Below, piece after piece: positions 15,329 to 25,370 of a stretch of DNA of 64,000 bases. The DNA is taken from the NCBI GenBank assembly GCA_963707025.1, contig CAVPOM010000006.1, positions 576,001 to 640,000 of the forward strand, read 5' to 3'. A program made the translations under genes and the position numbers. The notes under the pieces were generated by a model that searched no databases, was not told the DNA's origin, and saw only the letters and a program-made list of their open reading frames with translations. Numbering within the stretch: the stretch's first letter is position 1; each line of letters begins with the position of its first letter. The DNA is from an uncultured Verrucomicrobiae bacterium. GTDB lineage: Bacteria > Verrucomicrobiota > Verrucomicrobiia > Limisphaerales > Palsa-1400.

Positions 15329-18154
15329 ATGAAATCGAACCGAACTTTCCCGTCCGTCAACTTCCAGGGAATCGCGGCTTCCCTTATCCTCGCCGCCATC
15401 GCCTTCGTGCTGCCCGGATGTTCCAGCGGGCGCCAGGCCGCCGCACCGTCGCCCCGCCAGCGTCTCCTGCTCGATGCCGGCTGGCGCTTTCAACTCGCTC
15501 CCGAACTCACGCTGACCAATACCGTTGCCGTCACAGACTGGCGCTGGAAAACCGCCGCCCAAGGCGGTGGTGACGCCGCCAATGCCGCTGCGGCCGTGGA
15601 CACTTCGGGGCCGGATTGGCATGACGCCAAATCGGGCGACGACACCTTCCAAAGCCGGGTCGGCTTCCAGTGGTTTCGCACCATCCTCCCCGATGTGCCG
15701 GGGCCGAACCGGATCATCCATTTTGAAACCGTGGATGACAACGGCGCCGTTTATCTCAATGGCCGGCAACTCGTCCGGCACGAGGGGTGGAACGACCCTT
15801 TCGATGTGCCGCTGGATGACGCCTGGCAAACCGGCGGCCCAAACTCCCTGGCGGTTCTGGTGGAGAACACCGCCGGCGCGGGAGGCATTACCGCCTCCGT
15901 TACCTTGGGCCGGCTCCCGCCCGCAGGCCCCAAGGCTGACTATTTTGCCTCCGACTATGATGATCGCGGCTGGCGCCAGGTCCATCTGCCCCACGATTAT
16001 GTGGTCGAAGGGACTTTTGCCTCCACCGCCACTGCCAGCCACGGTTCGTTGCCCACGCCGCCCGCCTGGTACCGCAAATCCTTCACCTTGCCCCCTGCCG
16101 CGGCGGGCAAAAGTGTCTGGATTGACTTCGACGGCGTGTTCCGCGACTGCCTGGTTTATCTGAATGGCAAACCGCTGGGCGAGCACATGAGCGGCTACAC
16201 CTCCTTCCGCTACGACATCACGCAGGCCGCCAATTTTACCGGCGAAAACATCCTGGCAGTGCGCACCAACCCGAAGAAATACGAGGGCTGGTGGTACGAG
16301 GGCGGCGGCATCTACCGCCATGTTTGGTTGAACCTGGCCAATTTCCTTCACGTCGCTCCCTGGGGGACCTTCGTCACCGCCGACCTGCCCGAGCCAGGCC
16401 CGGACGGCATCGCCGCCCCGGCCACCATCCACATCAAAACCAAACTGGCCAACGCCGGCGCCGCCCTGGCCGAATGCAACGTGGTCTCGCGCCTCGTGGA
16501 TGATCGCGGGCTGACCGTGACCGAAGTCTCCAACCGAACCACCGTCCCGGCCGGCGGCGAACAGGAATTGGCGCAGCAAGAGATTGTTGACCATCCCCGG
16601 CTTTGGTCGCTGGAAACGCCCACCCTCTACCATTTGCTCACGTTCGTCCAAGTCAACGGCCGGACCGTGGACACCTTGACCACGCCCTTTGGCATTCGCA
16701 CCGCCCGTTTCGATGCCGGGAAGGGCTTTTTTCTCAACGGCAAGCCCGTGAAAATCCAGGGCACCTGCAACCACCAGGATTTTGCCGGCGTGGGCGTGGC
16801 CGTGCCCGACTCGCTGGAATACTGGCGTGTCAAGCATCTCAAGGAGATGGGCGACAACGCCTGGCGCATGTCGCACAATCCGCCCAATCCGGAACTGCTC
16901 AACGCCTGCGACGAATTGGGCATGCTGGTCATGGACGAAAACCGGCACCTGGGCGACACTTACAGCGACCACACCTCCGCCAATACGCAGGCTTCCGGCC
17001 TCGGCGACCTGGCCGACCTGATTCTGCGCGACCGCAATCATCCCAGCATCATCATGTGGTCCATGTGCAACGAGGAAGGCTTGCAAAGCACGGCGGAAGG
17101 CGCGCGCATCTTCTCGGCCATGATGAAGGTGGTCCGCCAATACGACACGACCCGGCCGATTTCCAGCGCCATGAACGGAGGCTGGTTCAACCCCGGTTTC
17201 GCCACGGTGGAGGATTTGATGGGCGTCAACTATAGCACCCAGGTCTATGACCGCTTCCATAACGAGCATCCCGCCATGCCCATGTTCGGCAGCGAAACGG
17301 CCAGCACCGTGACCACCCGCGGCGAATATACCAATGACCGGGCCAGATCGGTCGTGACCTCCTACAACATGACCGACGGCTCCTGGCGCCCCGTCGCCGA
17401 ACGGGCTTTCATGGCCGGCAGCTTCGCCTGGACCGGTTTCGACTACAAAGGCGAACCTTCCCCCTACGGCTGGCCGGCCATCAACAGCCAATATGGCATC
17501 ATGGACATGTGCGGATTTCCCAAGGACAACTATTATTACTACCAGTCCTGGTGGAAGACCAACCCTGTCATCCATATTATGCCCCATTGGAACTGGCCCG
17601 GCCGGGAAGGCCAGAACATCCGGGTCGTGGTCTTCAGCAATTGCGCGAAGGTGGAGTTGTTCCACAACGGCCAAAGCCTGGGCGCCCGCGACATGCCGCG
17701 CAACGGGCATTTGGAGTGGCTGGTGAAATATGCCCCCGGCAGCCTCTCCGCCAAAGGCTACAACGGCACTGCGCTCGCCGCCAGCGAGACCGTCGAAACC
17801 ACAGGGGAGCCGGCGGCGTTGCGCTTGAAGACCGATCGCGCAACCCTGGTGGCCGACGCGGAGGATGTCACCCCCGTCGAGGTGGATGTGCTGGACGCCA
17901 AGGGCCGCCTGGTGCCGACGGCCGACAGCCTGGTGACATTCCGGGTCGAAGGGGCCGGCGGCGTGGCCGGCGTGGGCAACGGCAACCCGGGCGACCATGA
18001 TCCGGACAAGGCGAGCTTCCGCCACGCCTTCAACGGCAAATGCCTGGTGGTGGTGGGGGCGGCGGACCAGCCGGGAAAGATAGTCTTGACAGCTACCTCG
18101 CCCGGCCTGAAAACGGCGGCGCTGTCCCTGCGCGCCGCCCGCCCCGCGCAATGA
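15329..18154 (+). CDS. GH2 beta-galactosidase-like lipoprotein
   Basis: Lipobox LPGC; FDGV, G.CNHQD, RMSHNP, RDRNHPSI.MWS..NE, WTGFDY.GEP, PHWNW motifs. Confidence 0.92.
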   Translation: MKSNRTFPSVNFQGIAASLILAAIAFVLPGCSSGRQAAAPSPRQRLLLDAGWRFQLAPELTLTNTVAVTDWRWKTAAQGGGDAANAAAAVDTSGPDWHDAKSGDDTFQSRVGFQWFRTILPDVPGPNRIIHFETVDDNGAVYLNGRQLVRHEGWNDPFDVPLDDAWQTGGPNSLAVLVENTAGAGGITASVTLGRLPPAGPKADYFASDYDDRGWRQVHLPHDYVVEGTFASTATASHGSLPTPPAWYRKSFTLPPAAAGKSVWIDFDGVFRDCLVYLNGKPLGEHMSGYTSFRYDITQAANFTGENILAVRTNPKKYEGWWYEGGGIYRHVWLNLANFLHVAPWGTFVTADLPEPGPDGIAAPATIHIKTKLANAGAALAECNVVSRLVDDRGLTVTEVSNRTTVPAGGEQELAQQEIVDHPRLWSLETPTLYHLLTFVQVNGRTVDTLTTPFGIRTARFDAGKGFFLNGKPVKIQGTCNHQDFAGVGVAVPDSLEYWRVKHLKEMGDNAWRMSHNPPNPELLNACDELGMLVMDENRHLGDTYSDHTSANTQASGLGDLADLILRDRNHPSIIMWSMCNEEGLQSTAEGARIFSAMMKVVRQYDTTRPISSAMNGGWFNPGFATVEDLMGVNYSTQVYDRFHNEHPAMPMFGSETASTVTTRGEYTNDRARSVVTSYNMTDGSWRPVAERAFMAGSFAWTGFDYKGEPSPYGWPAINSQYGIMDMCGFPKDNYYYYQSWWKTNPVIHIMPHWNWPGREGQNIRVVVFSNCAKVELFHNGQSLGARDMPRNGHLEWLVKYAPGSLSAKGYNGTALAASETVETTGEPAALRLKTDRATLVADAEDVTPVEVDVLDAKGRLVPTADSLVTFRVEGAGGVAGVGNGNPGDHDPDKASFRHAFNGKCLVVVGAADQPGKIVLTATSPGLKTAALSLRAARPAQ

Positions 18155-18159
18155 AGTTT

Positions 18160-18280
18160 GGAAACCTCCGCAAAACGCGCATCCACGATTGTAGCGGCGG
18201 TCTATGACCGCCGCAAACCAGGGGAAACAACCGTAAGGCGGCGGTCATAGACCGCCGCTACAGGCCTTTTGCAGCGGTTT
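18160..18280. repeat. MITE-like element containing an inverted GTAG-type REP pair
   Basis: TGTAGCGGCGGTCTATGACCGCCG (18190-18213) and its exact reverse complement (18239-18262), inside AAACCTCCGCAAAA...TTTTGCAGCGGTTT ends. Confidence 0.8.
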
Positions 18281-18570
18281 TGCTTTCGTTACTTGAGCAG
18301 GTCCCCGAACGCCGGGAGGAGAGTGTACTTTTTCTCCCACGGCGTGTACATGAACCCGTCGAACAAGGGCACGTCCTTTGCGGCCTCAAGCCAGCCTTTG
18401 ACGCTGTTCAAATCATCCGCATCGTAGTAGCAGGCCGCCACGGTGTGAAAGCCGTGGTCGGCGAAAAAATGGAGGTCCTTCGGACGCGGCTCGCCGCCCC
18501 AGACCACCATGGTCACGTCCTTGGGAACATGCTCCCACGAACCGGTGAAATCACCGTCAACAAGATAATA

Positions 18571-19574
18571 GAGCGTTTCCATAAATGATATAGCTTGACT
18601 GGGGCGAGAGGGCTGGCAGGCTTGAGCCATGCGAGCGATACCCGTGTCTGCGCGCGAGCGCATCCTGCAACTCTATGAACAAGGCAAAAGCACCCGCGAG
18701 ATCGCGGACTTTTTCGGCTTTTGCGTGGCGGCGGTGCGCCGGGTCCGGCAGCAGTTCCAAGAGCGCGGCACGCTCCAGCCGCAAACCCATTTGTGCGGGC
18801 GCAAAACGCTGCTGAACGCCGGACGCCAGGCTCGCCTGCAAAAGCTGGTGGCGGCCCAGCCCGACGCGACGTTGGCCGAGTTGGGGGCGCGTCTGGACCG
18901 CCCTTTCGGGACCTCCACTGTGGATTTGTGGCTGCGCAAACTGGGGTTGAGCTATAAAAAAAACGCTCTGCGCCGCCGAGCAGAACCGTCCGGACGTGGC
19001 CGAAAAGCGGGCCCATTGGCATGAGCGTCTGGCAAGTGACCCACCTGCCCGACTGGTCTTCGTGGATGAAAGCGGGGCCAACACCAAGATGACCCGTTTT
19101 TGCGGGCGGTCACCCGTGGGCCGAAGACTGGCGGCCCACGTCCCGCAGGGACATTATCAGACCACCACCCTGGTCTGCGCCATTCGTCTGGCCGGGCCTG
19201 CGGCCCCCTGCCTCTTTGAGGGGGCCATGGACGGGGAAATGTTTTTGGCCTGGATCCAGCAGGGGCTGGTGGTGGAGTTGCGCAAGGGTGACTTGGTCAT
19301 CATGGACAACTTGGCCACGCATAAGGTGACCGGAGTCCGCCAAGCCATCGAAGAGGCCGGGGCAACGCTGCTGTATCTGCCGCCCTATTCGCCAGACTTT
19401 AATCCCATCGAAAATATGTGGAGCAAGGTCAAACAAATTATGCGAGGTCTCGCGCCGCGAACCGCCAAGGAACTGCTCCAAGCGGCGAAGATTGCCTTTG
19501 AAGCCATCTCCACCGCCGATTGCCGGGGCTTCTTTTTAAACGCCCGCTACGCTACATGATTTATGGAAATGCTC
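18571..19574 (+). mobile_element. IS630-family insertion sequence
   Basis: 26-bp imperfect inverted repeats including the TA (TAGAGCGTTTCCATAAATGATATAGC, 3 mismatches); TA at 18569-70 and 19575-76. Confidence 0.95.
18629..19559 (+). CDS. IS630 transposase in two frames joined at an A8 run (18956-18963)
   Basis: HTH orfA; DDE orfB with FVDESG, MDNL..HK, LPPYSPDFNPIE; orfB is +1 relative to orfA. Confidence 0.9.
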
Positions 19575-21020
19575 TAGTTGCCGTGGGCGTTGTGGTAGGG
19601 ATCAAACATGTCGCCCCAGACCAGAATGCCGGCCCCGGGCGCGTAACGCCGGATGATCGCCGCCTGTTGCGCCACGGATTGGCCGATCAATTCGCCCATG
19701 TTCCTTCCCTGGCAGGCGCGGCAGGTGCCGCCCATCCGCACCTCGTCCATGCTCAGCAGGACGCGGCGGGGATGAAGCCGGGCGGCCAGCAGCGCGGCCT
19801 CCTCATCGAAAACCTGGTAGAGGGCCGGCTCGGCCATGCAGACCGTCACCTGCGAATCGTAGATGATCATGGAATGATACCAGCTCGCCCGCACGGTCTG
19901 CCCCTCCGCAATGCGTCCGCCCGGAAGAATCTTCAGCGGCAGGGCCGGTCCGGTGTCGTTCCAGGGATGGAGGGCCGGGTCCAACAGCGGGGCGTAGTCC
20001 CGGCCTTCGCTATAAGTGACAGAGCCGTCGGCGGAGCGGATCGTGACCGGAGCGCCCGGCCGGTGGAGCACATTGACCGGGCCGGTCTCCTCCAGGCTCC
20101 AATCGTCCAGCCAGACTTTGCCGGATTTGCCGCCCCACAGGCCCGCGTAAAGCCGGATTTTGTCAAAGGACAACGAGTTCAGGAGCATGGAGATTTTGCG
20201 CCAGTCGGTGGTGGACGGAATGTTGAAAGTGCGCGGCGCGATCTCCTGGTCCTTGCCGGCCAGGGCCAGGAGGCGGAAGGCGCCCGGCGGCTGGAGGTTT
20301 TCCGTTTTCACCCAGAGCGTGACGCGATAACAGCGATGCGGCTGCACCGCGATCTCCTGCATGACGCGCCCGTGGCCGTAGGGATTGGCCGTGAAATTCT
20401 CCAGGCGCAACGACGCCCGGCCGCTGTGTTTGATGGCGGTGTCCACGAAGCTGACTTCGCCCGGCTGGTCGTGGAAACTGAAATTCTTGAGACGGTTTCC
20501 GGTGAAATCCTCGAATCCGCCGTTGGCGAGCAGGGCGGAACTCGCCGCGGCCAGGCGCGCCGCGCCGTCGTGGACCACGAGCGGCGCGTCCACCACCGGC
20601 ACGCCCTCGGCCAGATTGGGATCGTGGGCCAAAGCGCCGCCGCCGTAGCCGACGGAAAAAACGGAGGGGATCAACTCCAGATGATTTTGTTCGCAGGCTT
20701 GCTTTATCTGGTCGAGCCGCCGGAAGTAATCGGGCGATTGTTTGGACAGCGAGTCCAGGCCGGCGGCGAGCACCGCGCCATTGAGTCCGTGCTGGCCGGC
20801 CGATTCCAGCACGCGGCTGATTTGCGCCGTGTCCGAGTCCTGGTTGAGGTTCCAGCCGAAAATCCAGACAAGCCGGTCGGCGTAACGGTCGGCCGCCGCT
20901 GCCCCCATCACCATCGAAAGCAGCAGCAGCAAAGCGAGCGCGGGCCCGCGCCAATGGCGGAGAGCGGTCATTCGATGCGGCGCTGGCTTGGCAGGAACAT
21001 ATCCCGGTCAATGACGGCTT

Positions 21021-21701
21021 TCAGTTTCCTGGGGTGCGGGCAGAAGGCTGGTCTCGCTGCAACATGGCCCAGGTAAATCCAGCGCCGGCTTTTTGCACCA
21101 GAGCCAGGTGAATCCAAAGCATGGCCGTGGCTTCCAGCAGCCGGGCTGTTTTCAAATCTCCCGTGTCCAGCGGCTGAAAACCAATGTCGGCGGCGAGCCG
21201 GGAAACGATTTGCCGGGCGTCGGCGTCATCCCCGGCCAGCCACATGACCGGTTTGAGACCGCCGTAATTCGGATAACTGGCGTCGGCCAGATTTTCGAAC
21301 CCGTAAGTGTTGAAAGCTTTTACCACCCGCGCCCCTTTGGCCCAATGCGCGACGGTTTCCCCGCCGGAAACGGTATGGCCGATGGCCAGTTCCAAGCCGC
21401 TGCCGGGGGTGAAACGAAGTGGGTTGGTGCAATCCACCAGCACCTTGCCCTGGAGGTTGCCGCAGGCGGCGAGGGCCGGCTGGGTGGCATCCCACGGCGT
21501 GGCCAGCGCGATCACTTGGCCGAAGGCAGCCGCCTGGGCATTGCTGCCGGCGCTGGCCTTCGATCCGCAGGCCTCGAGCAATGCGCGATGTTTTGCATCG
21601 TTGGGATCGCGCACGCCAAATTTTATGTGATGGCCGGCTTTGGCCCAGCTTTGGCCGAGCGCGCCGCCGACGTTTCCTGCTCCGATGATTCCGATATTCA
21701 T
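21021..21701 (-). CDS. F420:NADP oxidoreductase-family dinucleotide-binding enzyme
   Basis: IGIIGAGNVG, DCTNP, VVKAFNT, AGDD..A, G.L..AR.LE. Confidence 0.85.
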   Translation of the reverse strand: MNIGIIGAGNVGGALGQSWAKAGHHIKFGVRDPNDAKHRALLEACGSKASAGSNAQAAAFGQVIALATPWDATQPALAACGNLQGKVLVDCTNPLRFTPGSGLELAIGHTVSGGETVAHWAKGARVVKAFNTYGFENLADASYPNYGGLKPVMWLAGDDADARQIVSRLAADIGFQPLDTGDLKTARLLEATAMLWIHLALVQKAGAGFTWAMLQRDQPSARTPGN

Positions 21702-21702
21702 C

Positions 21703-21972
21703 TCAATTCGAACGGGTTGGTTGTTGGGGTGATTGTCGCCGCACCTCGCTGTGCCGCCACTTTTTGATGTCACCTTGCGCCATTAAACGGCCATCTTGAA
21801 CGAGGGCCTCAATACGTCTGGCAATTATAGTAAATCCGTCCTCGCCTTCAGGCAGTCTTGTGCCTTGAAGGTCTGCAACCCTGACAATGACCATCGCAAC
21901 CTTCCTCCAAGGAATTCCTGTCACGGCGAGAATATCCTCGTCAATTTGGGAGGCTTCTTGGTTGCAGGGCAT
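21703..21972 (-). CDS. Small DUF3658-like protein
   Basis: ID..IL.....WRKVA...RIEALV.DGRL..QGD...WRHSEVR. Confidence 0.6.
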   Translation of the reverse strand: MPCNQEASQIDEDILAVTGIPWRKVAMVIVRVADLQGTRLPEGEDGFTIIARRIEALVQDGRLMAQGDIKKWRHSEVRRQSPQQPTRSN

Positions 21973-21977
21973 ATTTC

Positions 21978-23162
21978 TCACCACCAATGATGGTGGTAGG
22001 AATTTGTCTTGACGTTGATGGTGACCGGGGCGGATAGAACCTGGGTGCCATTGTTGTCGGTGGCCAGCGCGGTCACGGAGTTGCTCCCGACGGGGGGGTT
22101 GGTCCAAAGGAAGAAGAAAGGCCGCCAGATGATGTTCGTGCCGCGCGGCGCCCACGATAAATCCGGCCACGGACAGGCGGGATTGTTGGTCACGGTGCCG
22201 AGACTGGCGCCTTGGTTCAAAAACTCCACGGTGGCTATCCCGTTGCCCGGCTCGCCCGCCGCGGCGACGAGGCTGATGGCGCTGTTGGACGGGAAGGTCG
22301 CACCGCTGGCCGGGGCGGCGATCCGCACCTCGGGCACAGGCAAGTTTGTGGTCACGGTGATGTTGACAACGGCGGAAGTGGTTTGCAGGCCGGCGTTGTC
22401 GGTGGCGACCGCCGTCAGCGCGTAAGCGCCGGGCGGCACATTGGGCCAGATTATCCAGTAAGGGTTATTTTGCGGCGCCGGCAAAATTGGGGGCAAAGCG
22501 GCCTTCCCCCGCCTGGCCGGCAGAGGCCTGAATGGGCCGAAGCAGAAGGGCTGGTTGGTCACCGTGGCCAGGCTGGTGGCGCTGGCGAAAAATTCCACCG
22601 AGGTTACCCATCCGTTGGAGTCGCCGGCCCTGGCGGCAATGACCAGGTCCGGCCTGGAAAGAAAGGAGGCGTCATTGGTCGGACTGACTATGGCCACGGT
22701 GGGCGCGGCATTGGTGTAATTGTAGGCGATGTAAACCACCGCCGTGTCATAGCCGCGCCAGGGCTGGTAAAAATGGCTCCCGGGCTGTGTCAACTTCAAT
22801 TGCACGGTTTTGTAACCTGTCGCCGCCGGCTCCACCACCGGGGTAATGAGCAGGTTGGTCCCGCTTTGGCCGGCGGCGAGCGTCACGGAGGTTGGCACGG
22901 TCGCATAATCCACGCCGTTGGTTGCGGTGCCGGTGAGCGAGCAGGCCACAGTTACGGCGGCATTGGTATCCTCGCCGCGGCTGATGATAAAGACCCCGGC
23001 ATGGCTGCCCGGTTCGTAGGCCAGCGGTTGCGCCGCCTGCACCGTCACCACCGGCCCTCGATCCCAAGGGTCAAATCGGGCCTGGGCGGTAGAGCTTGCG
23101 AAAATTCCGGGCAAAGTCGCCGCCAGGGTTAAGATCAACAAATGATGGCGTGGCGTTTTCAT
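21978..23162 (-). CDS. Secreted Calx-beta + two Ig-like (Big) domain protein
   Basis: Signal peptide; GTATNGVDY; PTV.I.SP...VEFF...LTA.ATDN.G repeats. Confidence 0.75.
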   Translation of the reverse strand: MKTPRHHLLILTLAATLPGIFASSTAQARFDPWDRGPVVTVQAAQPLAYEPGSHAGVFIISRGEDTNAAVTVACSLTGTATNGVDYATVPTSVTLAAGQSGTNLLITPVVEPAATGYKTVQLKLTQPGSHFYQPWRGYDTAVVYIAYNYTNAAPTVAIVSPTNDASFLSRPDLVIAARAGDSNGWVTSVEFFASATSLATVTNQPFCFGPFRPLPARRGKAALPPILPAPQNNPYWIIWPNVPPGAYALTAVATDNAGLQTTSAVVNITVTTNLPVPEVRIAAPASGATFPSNSAISLVAAAGEPGNGIATVEFLNQGASLGTVTNNPACPWPDLSWAPRGTNIIWRPFFFLWTNPPVGSNSVTALATDNNGTQVLSAPVTINVKTNSYHHHWW

Positions 23163-23299
23163 GGCTGGATCAGCGGGCCTTCCTGCTTTGTATTTTTGTG
23201 CCGTTAAATATAGCCGAAAAGGGCGGTGGTGTCAAAGCGCCCAACAGATCGGCAGGTCGTATTTGAGGCGGCAGCGCGCTCGAAAAGCGTTTGCCGCCT

Positions 23300-24148
23300 T
23301 TACACCGTAGTTGCCCGCACGATATGGCCGCCCCTGTCGGGCGAGGACCCGCCTGGCTTTGCAAAGTAACGCTGCCGGATCAACGCCGGGCCAAGATCTT
23401 CGACTTCGCCAAAGCCCAGGGCCGCCAGTTTGGCGAGGAGCAGGTCGGTTTCAAAAGCGCTCTGGAAGGCCTCTCCCAGGGAAGCAACGCGCGCGGCAAG
23501 CGCCTGGTGAGCGGCGGCGTATTCGGGGTGGCCGGAACTCGACGTTGGAGGATTGGCATAGTCGAACACGACGTGAGCGCCACCCGGCAGGTGGGCAATG
23601 AAACCAAGCGTCGCAAAGATGGCCTGCTCCTTCAGATAAGGCACGACGCCCAGCCAGGTGAAAAAGGTTTGCTGCGCCGGATCGAAGCCGGCCGCGTTCA
23701 AGCCGTCGGCCAAAGTCTCCCGCTCGAAATCTACCGGAGCAAAAGTCAGCGCGCGCGGGGCCGGGATGGCCGCCTCGGCCAGCCGTTGGCGCTTCCAGGC
23801 CTGGGTCGCCGGGTGGTCAACCTCGAAGATGCGCAGGCTTTCCCCCAAAGAGGTGCGGTAAGCGTAAGTGTCCAGACCCGCCCCGAGCACCACCAGTTGG
23901 CGCACCCCGCGGCGCGCCACGGCGGCGGCCAGGGCATCCTCGGCAAAGCGCGTTCTCACGGCAATGAACAGGCGCAACTTTCGTCTGGATGGGTCCTTTG
24001 CCGCATCGCGGACCGCCGCTGCGGCGTCCGCTCCCAGGATGCGCAGCGCCAGCGGATCGGTGAAAATGAAACCGCGCTCCAACACTTGATGGGCGGCGCG
24101 GTGAGAGGCGGCGCCCCAGGCGGTGCGGCTGGGCTGTCCTGGCTGCAT
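23300..24148 (-). CDS. SAM-dependent methyltransferase, LCM family
   Basis: SRTA..AA..RA.H, RTRFAED, QLVVLGAGLDT, FEVDHPATQ. Confidence 0.88.
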   Translation of the reverse strand: MQPGQPSRTAWGAASHRAAHQVLERGFIFTDPLALRILGADAAAAVRDAAKDPSRRKLRLFIAVRTRFAEDALAAAVARRGVRQLVVLGAGLDTYAYRTSLGESLRIFEVDHPATQAWKRQRLAEAAIPAPRALTFAPVDFERETLADGLNAAGFDPAQQTFFTWLGVVPYLKEQAIFATLGFIAHLPGGAHVVFDYANPPTSSSGHPEYAAAHQALAARVASLGEAFQSAFETDLLLAKLAALGFGEVEDLGPALIRQRYFAKPGGSSPDRGGHIVRATTV

Positions 24149-24200
24149 GGAGGGACAGCCTAAGGCGGTTCAAGAAATTGTGCAGCCCTAAATGAGGATG

Positions 24201-24253
24201 GCAGGGCGCGCACTCCGTGCGCGCCGCGGCGGGCCACGGAGTGCCCGCCCTTC
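24201..24253. repeat. Degenerate REP doublet
   Basis: GCAGGGCGCGCACTCCGTG...CACGGAGTGCCCGCCCTTC inverted arms. Confidence 0.55.
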
Positions 24254-24270
24254 TGCAACTCCATCAAAAC

Positions 24271-24888
24271 TCATTTGGGTGACGCGCCGGCCACTCCCAA
24301 GGTCAGATGGATGGTATCGGCCACCTTGTCCAGACTCTTGCCGGGCATGATGTTGAAATCGGCGCGCTGGATGCTGAAGTTGGTGGAGGTGATCACCAGC
24401 AGGTCGCCTTTTTGGTTCCCGCCCAGGTGCTCCCCCAGCTTGTCTTTGAGATATTTCATCTCCACCGGGATGGTCACTTCCTTGGCAACCCCGTGCAAGG
24501 TGAACGTTCCCGTCACATCCGCCGTGGTTTTGTCTCCCTCGCTCTTGACGTTCTTCAGGTCCTTGGCCTCGAAAGTGATCTCCGGGTACCTGGCCGCGTC
24601 CAGCCACAGGTTGCCCCGCATGATGGCGGTTTGCTGGCCGTTGGGCACCGTCAGCGACGCGGTGGCCACGGCGATTCTTCCCCGGGTCGCCCCTGGATTT
24701 TGCGGGTCGAAGGTGACGGTGCCGGAAACGGCGTTGGCCGTGCCGGCGATTTTTTCGGCAGGCGCGTCCAGTTTGAATTCGATTTTGTTGCCGTTCTTGG
24801 GGTCTTTGAAATCAAAGGTTTCCGGGCCGGCCAGGGCGGGCAGCGCCAGCGCCGGTGCGATAACATAAACGATCCATCGGGTTCTCAT
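24271..24888 (-). CDS. YceI-family periplasmic protein
   Basis: Signal peptide; WLDAARYPEITF, G.FTLHGV.K, I.R.DF.I. Confidence 0.85.
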   Translation of the reverse strand: MRTRWIVYVIAPALALPALAGPETFDFKDPKNGNKIEFKLDAPAEKIAGTANAVSGTVTFDPQNPGATRGRIAVATASLTVPNGQQTAIMRGNLWLDAARYPEITFEAKDLKNVKSEGDKTTADVTGTFTLHGVAKEVTIPVEMKYLKDKLGEHLGGNQKGDLLVITSTNFSIQRADFNIMPGKSLDKVADTIHLTLGVAGASPK

Positions 24889-24925
24889 AGTTTGCGACAT
24901 CCGGTTTGGATACTCCAACCGGCGC

Positions 24926-25216
24926 TCAAGTTCCAGTTTTTTTAGTGCGAAACAGAAAAGAAGCCCCGGCCATGCCTCCCGCCGTCAACGCGGCCAGGGC
25001 CAGGAAATCCCACCCCGGAATAAATCCTTTTTCCCACGCGCTGGCGGTCAGGCCGGTGACCGGGTCCGTCGTGCGGTGTTCTATGTTGTTGACGGTCCAG
25101 CCGCGGTTGGCGCCCCGGGCCGCCCAGAATGCGACGGAGGACAGCAGGACAACGGCTGCCAGGATGCGCAAGGCTCTTCTCACGAATTGGCCGCACCATA
25201 ATCCGGCAGAAAGCAA
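24926..25216 (-). CDS. Small two-TM hypothetical protein (start uncertain)
   Basis: Two hydrophobic segments flanking GANRGWT...DPVTG; co-oriented with yceI. Confidence 0.5.
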   Translation of the reverse strand: MLSAGLWCGQFVRRALRILAAVVLLSSVAFWAARGANRGWTVNNIEHRTTDPVTGLTASAWEKGFIPGWDFLALAALTAGGMAGASFLFRTKKTGT

Positions 25217-25370
25217 AATGCAAACCTCGGGGCCGGCCTGAAATAAGACTGCCTGAATATCGTCTCATTGACGCCCATGCTAAACTTTTTTCCATGAGAA
25301 AGGCATCAGCCCCCGCCGTGACGCCGCGGCCCGCCCCGGACCGGCGGTGGCGGGGCCAATTCGGGACCTC

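Larger units (their letters stand above)
18289..20971 (-). pseudogene. Secreted carbohydrate-binding/putative glycoside hydrolase gene interrupted by IS630
   Basis: 465-aa N-part (signal peptide, CBM4/9-like NGGFE domain, SMDEVR, WGDMF) rejoins in frame with 18289-18570 (YYLVDG...) when the IS and one TA are removed, giving 558 aa. Confidence 0.85.

Noticed and set aside
15305..18151. 948-aa antisense ORF, and similar long antisense ORFs at 8488, 10596, 19520, 24942 and 55007
   Set aside because: Shadows of real genes caused by high-GC codon bias; no motifs.
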